Part shown: one piece after another, positions 56,601 through 63,490 of the stretch
How the letters are laid out: every line of letters starts with the position of its first letter
Numbering within the stretch: the stretch's first letter is position 1
Virus record (IMG/VR): IMGVR_UViG_3300023198_000559
Coordinates: 15,996 to 79,995 of that record
DNA length: 64,000 nucleotides
Reading direction: 5' to 3' (one strand)
Source of the DNA: a virus
The notes under the pieces: model-generated
What the model saw: only the letters and a program-made list of their open reading frames with translations
What the model was told of the DNA's origin: nothing
Databases searched by the model: none
Position numbers and translations under genes: made by a program

Positions 56601-57343
56601 ATGATGTTGAGTGGTATGATACAGATGTATTTGCATTCCAGAATAAACTGCACGCAACTAATAAGTCATTGCACGGTAACTATAACGATTTTGATAAGAC
56701 AGTAATGCAGAAGTATACTTTAGGTAGACTTGCGTTAATGTTTAGAAAGTTCATGAGCCCTGGTGTACGTAGAAGGTTTGGTAGGTTGAGTGTAGATAAT
56801 GAACTAAGTGAATTACACGAAGGGTTCTTTGTTACGACAGCTAGACTGCTGCGTAATGAAATGGTTGAGTTAAAGAATTGGTTAACTTTTAAAGAAAACA
56901 ATTTAACAGAACATGAAAAAGCTAATTTAAAGAAGACTATTGCTGAAGTTGGTATGTGGGTTACTACTATGGCCATGTTTGCTGCGGCAGCTGGTTTCTT
57001 AGGAGACGATGATGATAGTTGGGCAGGTGCCCTGGTACTATATGAAATCAAACGTTTACAAACAGAACTTGGTTTCTACTTTAACCCGGCTGAGACATTG
57101 AAGATTATAAAATCTCCTGCGGCTACAACCACAACCATTCAACGTATTATACGTTTGACGGATCAATTAGTACACAGTGTTTATGATCAGGAGTATACAC
57201 ATTATCAAACTTCTGGCCATGGGCATAAGAAAGGAGACAGTAAAGTATGGGACGCTGTAAAAGACCTCGTTCCAGCTGTTCAGGGTATAGAACGAAGTAA
57301 ACACCCCGAAGAAGCAATTAAGTATTTCAATAAACTCTTTTAA
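41615..57343 (+). CDS. Giant virion RNA polymerase polyprotein (5242 aa): TM/cargo region, zincin, RNAP, SF1B helicase, ASCH, zincin, ASCH, C-terminal helical/TM region
   Basis: RIPTQAHHS and GADYDID (aa ~2503) crAss RNAP active site; HEAFH (aa 1246) and HEFAH (aa 4029); GSAGTGKTT / IVDESSM / GDIAQI / TIHKSQG / YVGMSRA helicase motifs. Confidence 0.9.
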   Translation: MTNPKDLVKSLNAADTLPDPKTQTPEQVVKELNALPDYGPGRVSQGSAIIDSTKGIDHSFLDVETPFGISLPEQRAKNQTTTDKWLSGGIKGLSTFVTATGQTAGAVGGGIAATAMMALGNDFDSDLMFKNPVLDFFAKWNETVKERNPNYYSEAEVNASVIAGMGTANFWSDKFLDGVGFMASAIMTGYGAAKFGAQLGINVAGKIGSGFNTLQAALVGRTGESAIEANDAYEQTLEKLKASRLLGEHNLTDEEIEDRAKDARAATFGFNMAIAVTDAYQFGKIFKTIEGQAVKRSLFGGSRVGHAAEQVLIESQEENYQLAVADMAINMANNVTAKGTNANARDYFNNVVGGMMDNFSTKEGQESMLLGGLLGGGMGLAMHSNDRTKQMNRNVPEEIKKRNNKLMSVFNKDVDANYLERLAATQNDGIVEGLAKNLQLINLTLSKISEGTYDEFITELDEMAKQTPEQFKEIGVTVTAKDIKQQHSDAKNLIENYKALYDAMDPKVFDLKQDNAYEAIKANLFYVTAARNDIRTQLQQVGPYVAAVNVALKVEPELAMDEPFQVGKDQVIPQKVIEAQEKLVENRDALTKYINRVKTGKKLQKEIVDAYNQAQEVPTPVPTPKPKADPEIGSIQKVGKEGVPSKNIPFTKAVQLEDGSTNYTITDTEGLETIINDQKDSYTLVGYKGEFRGERQELNNNERYNFLQVFENFVSEEDLSRLQEILSFPNWKENIRITANKQNTGNVLERIKNFIAQKGTTTDIDNVYRTAVVGDNPMYLVPSSFIQIEMQIKDKDGNWTRMGHPGADPFKWRDKNGVALNFSSMTLEEFKDKFVFKQGTATAGVLIEPTQASLEQLQREQKESIKVYNAINDWYEKNGFSDLREIPEGFVKMFTRKMGFAFTKVGEWTKAKDFELDEGITSILRDNNENYVIIDMNTGRSIVDGKKYDVPAHIRKELGNTRYITKVNHPTIDDLYIKAAPGQLDGQDARDFIEQLTKVRENPTQDGADALNEILYVAYQGNWNFKFDVHTIKGTKTPKLVVDVFNDQLGESYKNIALPINISSLGTLQSLIEDGTDGAITLGRFAFKKHIAKDKLTNEEVERKFTFNTTPEIVNGINIQFKFNEQAPVESVTKTPAKDVYDDTERGDFVRAKAKVETEDKAKAQTAVGKKGNNGPVFKQSTEKASEVIHYNQALKWLEKILPKGISVADMATVTENLETQGYTWGMFANKVIYLSTQAQQGTEAHEAFHAIFRIMLTEGERAKLYTIAQAKWGKGKTPLFYEEKMADEFMAWKNARNRRVSGVLQSFFNKITQFAKFITGRESELERLFRKIDTGAFTNKELLNHQTHVYDAPVYKLLNGGDHYKMSVVKSENILYSTAAYVLEQLNNKMEYTNIPNAVKKLTTDYMFAQSTNYDIDMDVNKEIIAASDDKYIKEKMAELEAIYQNQENIDLVVAEVLKLVRTYEIRSIDTIIDEQDDTEESFKAFDIHQGEHGGWANVAKEIKQFIALTTYNTLDEFNKHITKSIDFVLVYGALQRRLAGKSRAQQLLSFESFARTDQQVNALWNKFLVETGYDPTTGTKTNEMMFNRFLNTFELESMDYMQSLRVKDKDGSLKLINMSANRANAEVIHFENWERKASEYNIFADQSKKDDLAEELIFDAAVGFGVDTSGVNKQNSMEFFEEHIRQIISTFGKLGIDLSEGYVLESLEEVHNIGTKLEGVDSDRQYRMLEEQDLLEIANLLKKGDNIFAQKIDKDGNILEKTGARGRLIAMASGDIHYRTDIYDANFQDAENKSRYAFVYPSYILTKIRDKHNITEAELQELKEDPYFKYNPLVQSAKSADWFLNLKAAFTGDYRDTVEDKDGKTFKSTTPKDLLLSWYGLYNKNKEYSYYTPMIYEAKSTSISVNLPNNVNDGKSWVDKKGEVTNETIKYFINTMFMQEHARIKGDTGITFIERKKNPWVTLPYFNGLKNKGNYITEYSQQDIIDNKDGVRITIGNAIKENLNTEITAHQTELMKYGIITNDKENKLLDSDIENITEYTADYYINDLVNSTAISQIIQGDLAKAKNPFDRVKRNGGELAYGTHFGEGTYKVVYKTEDKRKSDGIDRDDAQVYVSMKRRIEQLDRLGRLTDETRAILQKVADGQPLIVNDKIDEYAKIDLLPLKTVHYGDQDGYMVYHKMSETVLTRDLTSRLSTKDGVSVWVAKKGKEKLHNMLEFMEANEVDSIVTLSASKLENPSEALTDDEFVNGIPTMGERFTDLDNRYLRLQVETHSGKEKIVSGTQMAQLIDLLYETSPGLKDRYYQLLAETRAEDFTITEFMSKNATLLANKLVDSIETSGGDAQIVELLTVENGEFKYNFNLPHVAEKLEQLLLSHFSKGVLQQKVPGYKLTLMSSSGYMIEDSETGEARELKTHQISEDGKVIELAEAAMTRRALRKILGPKADTASIEEINKDLLEMVGTRIPTQAHHSMIPFKVVEFLPEYYGDTIIAPAGIVELSGADYDIDSLFVYRKAFFMDAEKNVHVYGEATTQKDKYAEYLNHHMSNLSIARTRRNREASYPGRSVEEIRQEVFAEYGLITNFDAYVAKGLPSNNSNRNNEIVDTYLTILTDPSVEDMFEPATLTLIEKAVADVHDTIRNKGNENATVNHYGSNGKLKAHTATSTGKRNVGPVAFINNVSAFMTKSKVKLTDAIEFLGKEYGDYGITTEKDIEVYKEDGQWKTREATRENQSKINSLSTLVSAMTDDAKHGFSAKLNLEEFNLGLFASMISLGIGFNRTMLFSSQDVLAELSSEIKSSGIPHEAALAAKIVEYEKKANMDAIPSLKAQDLVDNLLPGERTIERDVAVLHLYDSMQETTAKFQAVGTIVSLNKGAEVVNVIELNEKIKRVNEIDAKENGKYPFYTNLWESLMSNANTSTNMRILDSIKSQMSRWFISGIGTYDNIMEILDPSLKKFLKTQDKTTVDRAIKSFLTARGYQRMLEKHGSDMKISDFNALIEPGIKNELIEKTLAKQIEELSNQEDKQAAKDFNNNEFIKILRTQFKFTADGILNAKNESELDLVTSNMRIKRNPQTIDRITNGFVELSLDHPELAKNLFRYAMAKDSLQFNSTSFLKFLDVTYLAVASEGLDSIMDDPSGNAGMEFDFVKLFAGYSPNNTLFPAKNSQYLKSVGVFDIKDGTFTLKLPEDRKGLELPPYIFKTKGGQIYMKESAAGNIWTQLESFGDKYQLLYHMLYEEVTGAGIKSISPEVKVDKAQEIVPKAKVTPTIPTVKPPSKEMSQEKGNRLEYDNTSVPIEFTLGEEQAQALEGLLDFVTKESGISKTLQGSAGTGKTTIISFMERIIKKGGYPHNVLYMAPTHAATAVLGFETMKSGNRYLPATIASSLRDDYEGPGKTFAKKMQDRFSDFKPPLIIVDESSMLREDEIDGLEQAVEKFGGKIIFMGDIAQIPHVDPRNPAVKQVSKVFSAPDKIVLNEVYRQSKGPLLNLLTKIRRNTQFVNYKIAKVFESLKFLPAKDFSVEIIEDIKNNSENTVFISYTNKSVKGANARAREILGKGRYTEIGDSILGYIGYQNKQIEKQHLANSIKYTLTGIKDGPSDGAKILNVESENLGKLQDGGLQGVRREATTVYYQLENDDSLQFDLSQEQLAENNRQVSSVFKELYELVLRKADTNMSWRYFTESKRSITEKLASVELGDTYMYDHIQDKMVKFNAQGFQQLRSQLPIRLGNEFKFEKGIDYGHAITIHKSQGMTVDNVYFDLSSLTGIRDTEIHDRGRQINSEKNSMYYVGMSRAAKKLVVNATGIPFDETFDTTKDVSAEVEPTLAPPIEPGNKFLATKPLKMTLANEDKIKKGEKKATSRTFELAPGKYVLPKGTVIQLKGGFAESIDKLDDPNLWARMEGFEDLEDFKKNAAFKHTKEFIDGKGPGLYIYKLQVVEETPIVEYKGPSAFPKTKAEALAKKVRKSKNILSKKDGLDTLISYNFGKVIKRLSKAFGIKVEYVYQPDANWSGRYQHGVVQLNLALLQSDTPFHEFAHPFVEAIRIQNKALYDKLVAEIKKEGTILAKVIEEYPELDDAGRIDEAITTAIGMYGAKIANMPKTLVEKIKEFLQEIMRFIKGLFTPGTIFLPSELDPNTTLQDLGAIMAKNTQVFALGELTDEQAKYQKQQASKLTVDQDHVGQVANKTKTSSLREVDPDLEHKVGDKLAVYANSRSQGMIVELTAVKTLKSLKDIDKNKFAESLGYKDWADFTEQNKYAQKDSPAAQNFPALYNFLKGEGEMQWLQYEMVDIVPIGAESYLEDKIKRIKTVVKKQIDRYNSIITKKGSSEEKIKLFVKRRERLLKTIDAIDDASGVASYIEDAKKDLAAAKSELKELMNQIGNVRNLTDRKRKKAINDLHYIQEFIVAYDVIDKMSRDEIEDHLGDTELAKLFGEAKNDLDSIKKSIDKTAIPLLASWLLTFSDIDVDKANAYFEDQITRIQDNPRKSDGDKASLISKLMEKKAEMVLTQSSLEEQLRHAVRDVGFGSLWLEAAISSSDQVTSLFAKAVKFQEFQANFLDRMNQQKIGIALAAFEKEQGKAGNNIEKYYGELIQEVNIELGRDFDGSPLIEKRLVFRDVEDVKTPAGKELLSVLKEVYGEAQELLPESQNMKVEITNSKEIVDSLPFVRRSGADRIKSNGLWNTIKSEFQEIYKPLSTDTDYGYTTEAGEVIRSVPIHYTKRGVDDRAMDNKDVTKDIVDSVLKFSQMANKYNMFKAIQSEVEFMEGAIEDRTVPEITPAGNKKFDKVANIFGLKEFVKSDTARVNKRLQEFINMTFYGQHEKPNIETLFGHEIDTNKLLNFLGKWTGFTTLALNFLSALNNVILGNFYMFQESVARQNFGDLKLNLAEGKAIYYKGAARMVGDIGKIEGLSKETQLVRMYDAMQGSFRDISGGFVTGSKMKKLWQGSSLFFMNHIGEHEMQVSSLFAAMAGQKLTTKAGEEINLWDAYSLDDKGNLALRDDVEWYDTDVFAFQNKLHATNKSLHGNYNDFDKTVMQKYTLGRLALMFRKFMSPGVRRRFGRLSVDNELSELHEGFFVTTARLLRNEMVELKNWLTFKENNLTEHEKANLKKTIAEVGMWVTTMAMFAAAAGFLGDDDDSWAGALVLYEIKRLQTELGFYFNPAETLKIIKSPAATTTTIQRIIRLTDQLVHSVYDQEYTHYQTSGHGHKKGDSKVWDAVKDLVPAVQGIERSKHPEEAIKYFNKLF

Positions 57344-57386
57344 TGGAGCATAAAATAAACTATATTTACACTTTTAAATAAGAACA

Positions 57387-58043
57387 ATGACACTAAAAGT
57401 AAAATCAGTATTGAAGGACTCTAGCAAGGCAACGATAGAGGACACAACAACATATACTTCGCCTGCACGTAGTGAGTATTACTCACAATTTCATGCATTT
57501 AAAGTAGACGTAAACGACGCAGAGTCCGCTTTGATCGTGACAAGTCAAGGAACACCTATTTCAGCAAGTGAGTGGGAGGTAACGACTCCAAATGAAGGAC
57601 ATCATAGATTCATAAAACTTCTATATTGGGTCTGGGAATCTGCCACTACATTTGCCTTAGGTGATATTGTAGAACGTAACGGCGTATTCTACCGCTCTAT
57701 TTTAGATAGCCCTGCAAATCTTAATAAAGATCCAGAGGCTGAACCTACCTATTGGGCTGTTCATACTGCAGTAGTTGCTGACGGTGATGTAGCCAATGTA
57801 ATAGAAGATGTTTTAGACTGTATTCTTTTTGGACGTCTAAAAGCAGCTTTTGCAAAGGTAACTGCTATAGCAGCTGAGATATCTTGTGAATGTTCTATTG
57901 ATAAGAAACCTGTTGAGATTCAAAGATACGAAAGATTAGGATTACTAATCGATGGTATTGCAGTGGATAATTATCAGGCACGATACTCCAACGGAGAAAA
58001 GAAAGTAATCTATATGAGTAAACTAGTTCCAACTTACGTATAA
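57387..58043 (+). CDS. Tail hub-like protein with CBM5/12-like insert
   Basis: WESATTFALGDIVERNGVFYRS...P..EPTYW motif; CEC near the C-terminus. Confidence 0.55.
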   Translation: MTLKVKSVLKDSSKATIEDTTTYTSPARSEYYSQFHAFKVDVNDAESALIVTSQGTPISASEWEVTTPNEGHHRFIKLLYWVWESATTFALGDIVERNGVFYRSILDSPANLNKDPEAEPTYWAVHTAVVADGDVANVIEDVLDCILFGRLKAAFAKVTAIAAEISCECSIDKKPVEIQRYERLGLLIDGIAVDNYQARYSNGEKKVIYMSKLVPTYV

Positions 58044-58044
58044 T

Positions 58045-59121
58045 ATGTCGACGGTATTAAAAAACAAAGATGCAACAATATATTTAGCTCAAGAACGCTT
58101 AGGCGAATGGGCCGGACTTATTGTTACCTCAAGTGTACGTACCTCTAAACTATATCAAGAAAAAGGAGAGAAACTTAGATATTACCTAAAAGCTCTCCAA
58201 TATGAATTTTACTTAGAGGACTCTGAAATCATTTCCTTACTGCAGTGTATTAATAAACTTGCAGAGCTAACTGAATGGCCAACTGCCCCTGTACTTACAT
58301 CAGTAGATCAACCTGATATTCTCTTGGGTATTCCTGGAGCAACAGGTAATGATGGTAGTGCTGGTAGTGATGGTACAGATGCGAATATTGATTGTGAAGC
58401 AGATCCTGCCTATGACAATATGTCAGTTATAGAATATGATAATGGTGGAGTAAAAACTTTTAAATATGGGTATGCCCCTTTAACTCCGCCCACTATCAGT
58501 CTAGCTATTACCAAAGCAGGTCTTCCTAATCCCAATAAGAATTATCAAGAACTTGGAGTAACTATTCCAACTGTTCCGGTAATAATTACTACGAATAAAG
58601 GACGTGATGCAGTTGTGTCTTCGGAAGTACTTCTTCCATTAGCCTTAGATGCATCATACCAGGCTCAGTGGGATTTAGCAAACATCAACCTGGGCAACCA
58701 AGAACAAGTTACAGTAAATGATTCTAATGTTACTGCTACTCAAATATACTCTGCAAACATAACAGATGGTAATACTACTCCTACAGACACAGAAACACTT
58801 ACTTTTGTAATACCTTTCTTATATGGAGGATCCACATCATCACTTGTACAGGCTACTTTCTATGCTAATCTAGCTAGAATCATAGAAGCACAAGGAAATA
58901 AAGGTGTAGTATTTAATGGAACAGATTCGTATTTTTACTTTGCTTACGACGCTTCCTATCCAGATTTAAATAGTATACTAGATGGGAATGGTTTTGAAGC
59001 TATAAGCGCCTTTACTAAAACAACTGAAACAATTGATATGCTGTCCGGTGCAGAGTCTATGAAAGTTTATAAAACAGCTCTGACTGATATTGTCAATCAA
59101 ACTTATACATTTAAATTCTAA
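58045..59121 (+). CDS. Tail hub/fibre protein
   Basis: Short Gly-X-Y collagen-like run; C-terminal YFYFAY..DGNGF domain. Confidence 0.6.
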   Translation: MSTVLKNKDATIYLAQERLGEWAGLIVTSSVRTSKLYQEKGEKLRYYLKALQYEFYLEDSEIISLLQCINKLAELTEWPTAPVLTSVDQPDILLGIPGATGNDGSAGSDGTDANIDCEADPAYDNMSVIEYDNGGVKTFKYGYAPLTPPTISLAITKAGLPNPNKNYQELGVTIPTVPVIITTNKGRDAVVSSEVLLPLALDASYQAQWDLANINLGNQEQVTVNDSNVTATQIYSANITDGNTTPTDTETLTFVIPFLYGGSTSSLVQATFYANLARIIEAQGNKGVVFNGTDSYFYFAYDASYPDLNSILDGNGFEAISAFTKTTETIDMLSGAESMKVYKTALTDIVNQTYTFKF

Positions 59122-59124
59122 GAT

Positions 59125-61134
59125 ATGGCTTTTGAAATTATACAAGGATTTAACCTTTCAGCTAATGTTCCTGTAGATCTTAGATTTATTGCTACAGATG
59201 AGGCAGACATGCTTACTATCAAGTGGGTCTATAAAGGTTTAATGGTAGCAAGAATTGATACTAGTCCTATAGAATTATGGATATGTACTGCTACTGCAGC
59301 TACAGAAGCAGGTTCTCCTAACTATACAGTAATAGGAGATTGGGAAGAATTTACAGGAACTGCAGGCGCTGATGGTGCTGATGGTTCTCAAATTTATATA
59401 GCAGCTGGAGACCCTTCAGATGTACTAGGAGTAAATGGAGATTTCTATCTTAACTCTTCTTCTGGAGATTACTTTACTAAAGCAGCAGGAACATGGGGTT
59501 CAGCACAAGGTAGGCTAATTGGTCCTAAAGGGGATAAAGGTGATACTGGTACTACTGGAGCAGCAGGAGATAGATACGCAACGGTATCTACAAGTCCTAT
59601 AGACTTAACAACTGCTGCTGGAACAGAGATTATTACAGTAGGATTAAATTTATCTTATACTGTAGGACAAGAAGTTATAGTTGCGGATCAAACAGCTCCT
59701 CTAGTTGATAATTGTACTGGAACAGTTACAGCTTATGTTGCAGGTACAGGACTTATGACTCTTGAGTCTGTTACATATAATGGGTCTGGTACATTATCAG
59801 ATTGGGCTGTTAACTTAACAGGTTCTCCTGGTGCAGCGGGAGCTGACGGAGCAGACGGATCAGATGGAGTTCCTGGTATAGCTCTTATACATACGGAATA
59901 TGATGTTACCTTGAATGAGGCTAAAGTAACTTCTGTACAAGGAGGAGCTTGGACACCAGAAGCGCCATGGTCAGCATCTATACAAAACGATACTAGAGTT
60001 AATAAAAATTTACCTACTGGAATTATAGGAGATCAAGCAAAGAATTCTATTACTTATAATGGAACAGTGTGGTCTAATAATGGTAGATGGGTAGGATTAG
60101 ATGGTTCTAATGGTACAGATGGAGATACTCCTTATATACAAAGTGGTAACTGGTGGATAGATGGTATAGATACTGGAATAGCTGCTACCGGTCCAGCTGG
60201 TAACGATGGTGAAGGTATTGTAGTTTACAATCACATCACAAGTGTAAACCTATCTGAAGCACAGTTCCTAGCTTTACCTTACGACTTTACAGTACCTTGC
60301 GAGTTAAATATACTTGTAACGCCTTTAAAATATGTTACTCTACCTAACTTAAATGTTACAAGCGGTATCAAGCTTAGAAAAGTAAGGATGTCTTCTTACT
60401 TACCTAGAACGAGTCTTCTTAATACAAGAGGTTTCCAGGTAAAAGGTCGATACGATGGTAGTGGTTTACAAACTTATGGAGCTTCTGAGATAAAAGGTAA
60501 TGATATTTGGATACATGGAGGAGAGAGTGTAATTTTTAGTTCTGTAATACAAAGTGGAACTACTTATGCTGATTACTGGTTAGCAGATACATCAGGTGTA
60601 GGATTAGCACATAATACAAACGGAGGTCAGAGAGACATCTTAGGTAGTGTTAGTGTTAGACTAGGTTCTCTTAGTGTACTAAAAGGAGTACTTAACTTTA
60701 CAGTTAATAATAATGTATGTCACTATGGTGGATGGATACAAGTAAATACTGCTAATGGAACAGCTACAGTAGGAGACTACTTTGGACTTTCAGAATCACC
60801 TTTAGCTTTCTTACCAGACCCTAGAGCAGGTGTAGTATTTGGTTCAAGTACTGGATTGCCTCCAGCAAATAGAGCTTTCTTACCATTAGCTATAACAGGA
60901 GTACAAGAAATAGTCCTAGCATGGGGTATTGGATATATAGCTTCACCTCATTATAATTCTACAGATGAAGCAACTGTACGTCTTGAATGGGAAGGCCCGG
61001 AAGGTCTCCTTGCTAATAGATTAAAAGTGCATGCACTTGTACAAAATAGTTCAGCGAACATTAATAAAAAATATACCTTTGCGGGGTCTTATATTACAGC
61101 TACTCCGTATACAATTGATAAAAACTACTTATAA
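59125..61134 (+). CDS. Tail fibre protein with collagen-like repeats
   Basis: PVDLRF N-terminus, GADGADG / GPKGDKGD repeats, GDTPYIQSGNWWIDGIDTG motif. Confidence 0.75.
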   Translation: MAFEIIQGFNLSANVPVDLRFIATDEADMLTIKWVYKGLMVARIDTSPIELWICTATAATEAGSPNYTVIGDWEEFTGTAGADGADGSQIYIAAGDPSDVLGVNGDFYLNSSSGDYFTKAAGTWGSAQGRLIGPKGDKGDTGTTGAAGDRYATVSTSPIDLTTAAGTEIITVGLNLSYTVGQEVIVADQTAPLVDNCTGTVTAYVAGTGLMTLESVTYNGSGTLSDWAVNLTGSPGAAGADGADGSDGVPGIALIHTEYDVTLNEAKVTSVQGGAWTPEAPWSASIQNDTRVNKNLPTGIIGDQAKNSITYNGTVWSNNGRWVGLDGSNGTDGDTPYIQSGNWWIDGIDTGIAATGPAGNDGEGIVVYNHITSVNLSEAQFLALPYDFTVPCELNILVTPLKYVTLPNLNVTSGIKLRKVRMSSYLPRTSLLNTRGFQVKGRYDGSGLQTYGASEIKGNDIWIHGGESVIFSSVIQSGTTYADYWLADTSGVGLAHNTNGGQRDILGSVSVRLGSLSVLKGVLNFTVNNNVCHYGGWIQVNTANGTATVGDYFGLSESPLAFLPDPRAGVVFGSSTGLPPANRAFLPLAITGVQEIVLAWGIGYIASPHYNSTDEATVRLEWEGPEGLLANRLKVHALVQNSSANINKKYTFAGSYITATPYTIDKNYL

Positions 61135-61136
61135 TT

Positions 61137-61931
61137 ATGTCGTGCGGAGATGGTATTACAATTAAAAAATACATTTTCACTGGAGAGAAAGGTGAAAAAG
61201 GAGAAAAGGGAGATGATGGTAATGTTGCATCTTATCCTATTGAAGCAGTAAATATATCTGTAACAAATCCCGGGTATGCTAACCTGCAGGAAGTATTAGA
61301 TGCATTGCTATATGTCCCAATTCTTATAAATTCTTTTACTACTGTTACAGTACTATTCGAAAATAGATTGGTAACAGATCCTTCTGCTGATTTTACAATT
61401 GACTTTAACTGGTCAGTAACTGGTGCAGATGTAGCGCAAACATTAGTAGGACCTACTGAGATGACTCCAGTTTCAATAGCTGCAGGAGTAAGAGTGAAGA
61501 CTGTTACAATGACTAATTTTAATACGGACGAGACCTTTACTTTAACAGTAGATGATGGTCAACAACAACCTTTTAAAACTATAGATATTGAATTTGCTAA
61601 CAAACTATATTATGGTGATGCAGCAATACCTGGCGTAACAGACGAAACATTTATTAAATCATTAAACAAGAGTTTACAGAAAACCCGTGTTATAACTGTA
61701 CCTACTGATTTATCAGCTAGTACATACTTTTGGTTTGCAGTACCGGTAGCTTATGGTACTCCTATATTTAAGGATGCTACTACTGGGTTTGCTTATGACA
61801 TGGATACACCTATACCTTTCACAGCAGGTAACGGAAACATATTTACCAATGACTTAGGATACGCGGAGGACTACTATCTATATAGAAGTACCAACGCCGG
61901 ACCATTTACAGCCGGAGTAGAGATAACATAA
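61137..61931 (+). CDS. Tail-associated protein
   Basis: GEKGEKGEKG; C-terminal YFWFAVP domain similar to that of 58045-59121. Confidence 0.6.
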   Translation: MSCGDGITIKKYIFTGEKGEKGEKGDDGNVASYPIEAVNISVTNPGYANLQEVLDALLYVPILINSFTTVTVLFENRLVTDPSADFTIDFNWSVTGADVAQTLVGPTEMTPVSIAAGVRVKTVTMTNFNTDETFTLTVDDGQQQPFKTIDIEFANKLYYGDAAIPGVTDETFIKSLNKSLQKTRVITVPTDLSASTYFWFAVPVAYGTPIFKDATTGFAYDMDTPIPFTAGNGNIFTNDLGYAEDYYLYRSTNAGPFTAGVEIT

Positions 61932-61939
61932 AATTAGAG

Positions 61940-63481
61940 ATGCCTGGAATACAAATTAGTGGAACGTTTAAGAAAGGGACTCTGGATCAAGGGTCCTTTG
62001 CTATTATTAAGGCTGACTCCCTTCTGATACCTATTCAGATAGCAGCTGATATAGATGCGCGTAATGCAATGTATGAGTATTTACGTATGCCTTTTATGCT
62101 CTGTTATGTAATTTCAGAAGATAAAACTTATAGATTAGGGTCAAGTACTTTAATAGCAAGTCAAGTATGGACACTCGAGACAGAAGAATATATTCCTCTT
62201 ACCCAAAAAGGAACAGCTTCAGGAGTAGCCCCTTTAAATGCTGAAGGTAAGATCCCGGTTGAATATTTGGATGCGCTTTATCTATCTAGTACTTATGTAG
62301 TATTAGATATAAATGCTATGCTAACTTTAACTACATATAAAGGTAACTTAATTGTAGTACAGGATGCTTCAGATGATCCCACAGTAACTTCAGGTTCTGC
62401 AACGTATGCAAAAATTAATGACGTCGCATCTCCTACTTTAGCTGACTTTCTTAAAATGGAATTTGGTGTAGCTGTAGTATCTGTTAATGGAGAGACCGGA
62501 GCTGTAAGTATTGACTTTGATTCTTTATTAGCATATGGTAGTTCACAGGTTCAGTTTAATGCTGCAGTAGCGGGACATGCAAGTGTTTTAGCAAATGCAG
62601 CAAACATTGTTATAAATGCAGCAGGATTAGTAACGTTAGACAGTATTAAAGCAAACAAAGATAATGTTTTAGAATTAGATAATGTAGCACAATTTGCTCC
62701 AACTGAAAATTACCATCCAGCAACTAAGAAATATGTAGACGATGAGGTCGCTTCAAATTCTATTATTCCTCTGGGCCCAGAGGGTAGCATCCAAATAAAT
62801 GAATCTAATATCCTAAATGGATATGCTAATTTTACATATATTAGTGATTTACTCACTGTCCCAAAGATTAAGCTAAGTACTTCTACACCTATAGATAATA
62901 CTATAGATATCTTTGTAGTACGTGATGCAGCAACTGGAGAACTAAAATTTAGAGAAGCTACTTCAATAGGAAGTGGAGCTGGACATATAATTGAAGACGA
63001 AGGAATACCATTTACTAACAGGAAAAGCCTTAACTTTGTAGGAAATTTAGTAGCTTTGTCGGATGACCCTGGTAATGACAGGACAATCGTCAATATACTA
63101 AATCCAGAGTGGGGAGATATAGAAGGTTTCTTAGTGGATCAAACGGATCTCCAAGATGAATTAAATACTAAAGCTGAAAAGATTCCAACAGAAGCTCACA
63201 TAGCATTAGTAGAGGAACACATTGATTGGACAAGTGTAGGTGTAGAATTAATTGAGGCAACGCGATTACCACCTGCAGCTTCTAGTGATGCTCATTATAT
63301 TCATAATCAACCCGCTGCAGTGCTAGTTTGGACTATTGCCCATAATTTAGGAAAACATCCAGCGGTCACTACTACAGATAGTGGTGGGAATGAGTTTCAT
63401 GGTACAATAAACCACGTTGATAATAACAATTTAACAGTAAACTTTAGTATCGCAGTATCTGGAATAGCTTACATAAACTAA
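61940..63481 (+). CDS. Tail fibre-associated protein
   Basis: KGTASGVAPLNAEGKIP, VVSVNGETGAV, PATKKYVD and WTIAHNLGKHPAV fibre motifs. Confidence 0.7.
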   Translation: MPGIQISGTFKKGTLDQGSFAIIKADSLLIPIQIAADIDARNAMYEYLRMPFMLCYVISEDKTYRLGSSTLIASQVWTLETEEYIPLTQKGTASGVAPLNAEGKIPVEYLDALYLSSTYVVLDINAMLTLTTYKGNLIVVQDASDDPTVTSGSATYAKINDVASPTLADFLKMEFGVAVVSVNGETGAVSIDFDSLLAYGSSQVQFNAAVAGHASVLANAANIVINAAGLVTLDSIKANKDNVLELDNVAQFAPTENYHPATKKYVDDEVASNSIIPLGPEGSIQINESNILNGYANFTYISDLLTVPKIKLSTSTPIDNTIDIFVVRDAATGELKFREATSIGSGAGHIIEDEGIPFTNRKSLNFVGNLVALSDDPGNDRTIVNILNPEWGDIEGFLVDQTDLQDELNTKAEKIPTEAHIALVEEHIDWTSVGVELIEATRLPPAASSDAHYIHNQPAAVLVWTIAHNLGKHPAVTTTDSGGNEFHGTINHVDNNNLTVNFSIAVSGIAYIN

Positions 63482-63490
63482 AAGATATAT

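Noticed and set aside
41615-57343. Many 60-130 aa minus-strand ORFs under the giant gene and other late genes
   Set aside because: Shadow ORFs fully antisense to well-supported genes, with no motifs or initiation signals.
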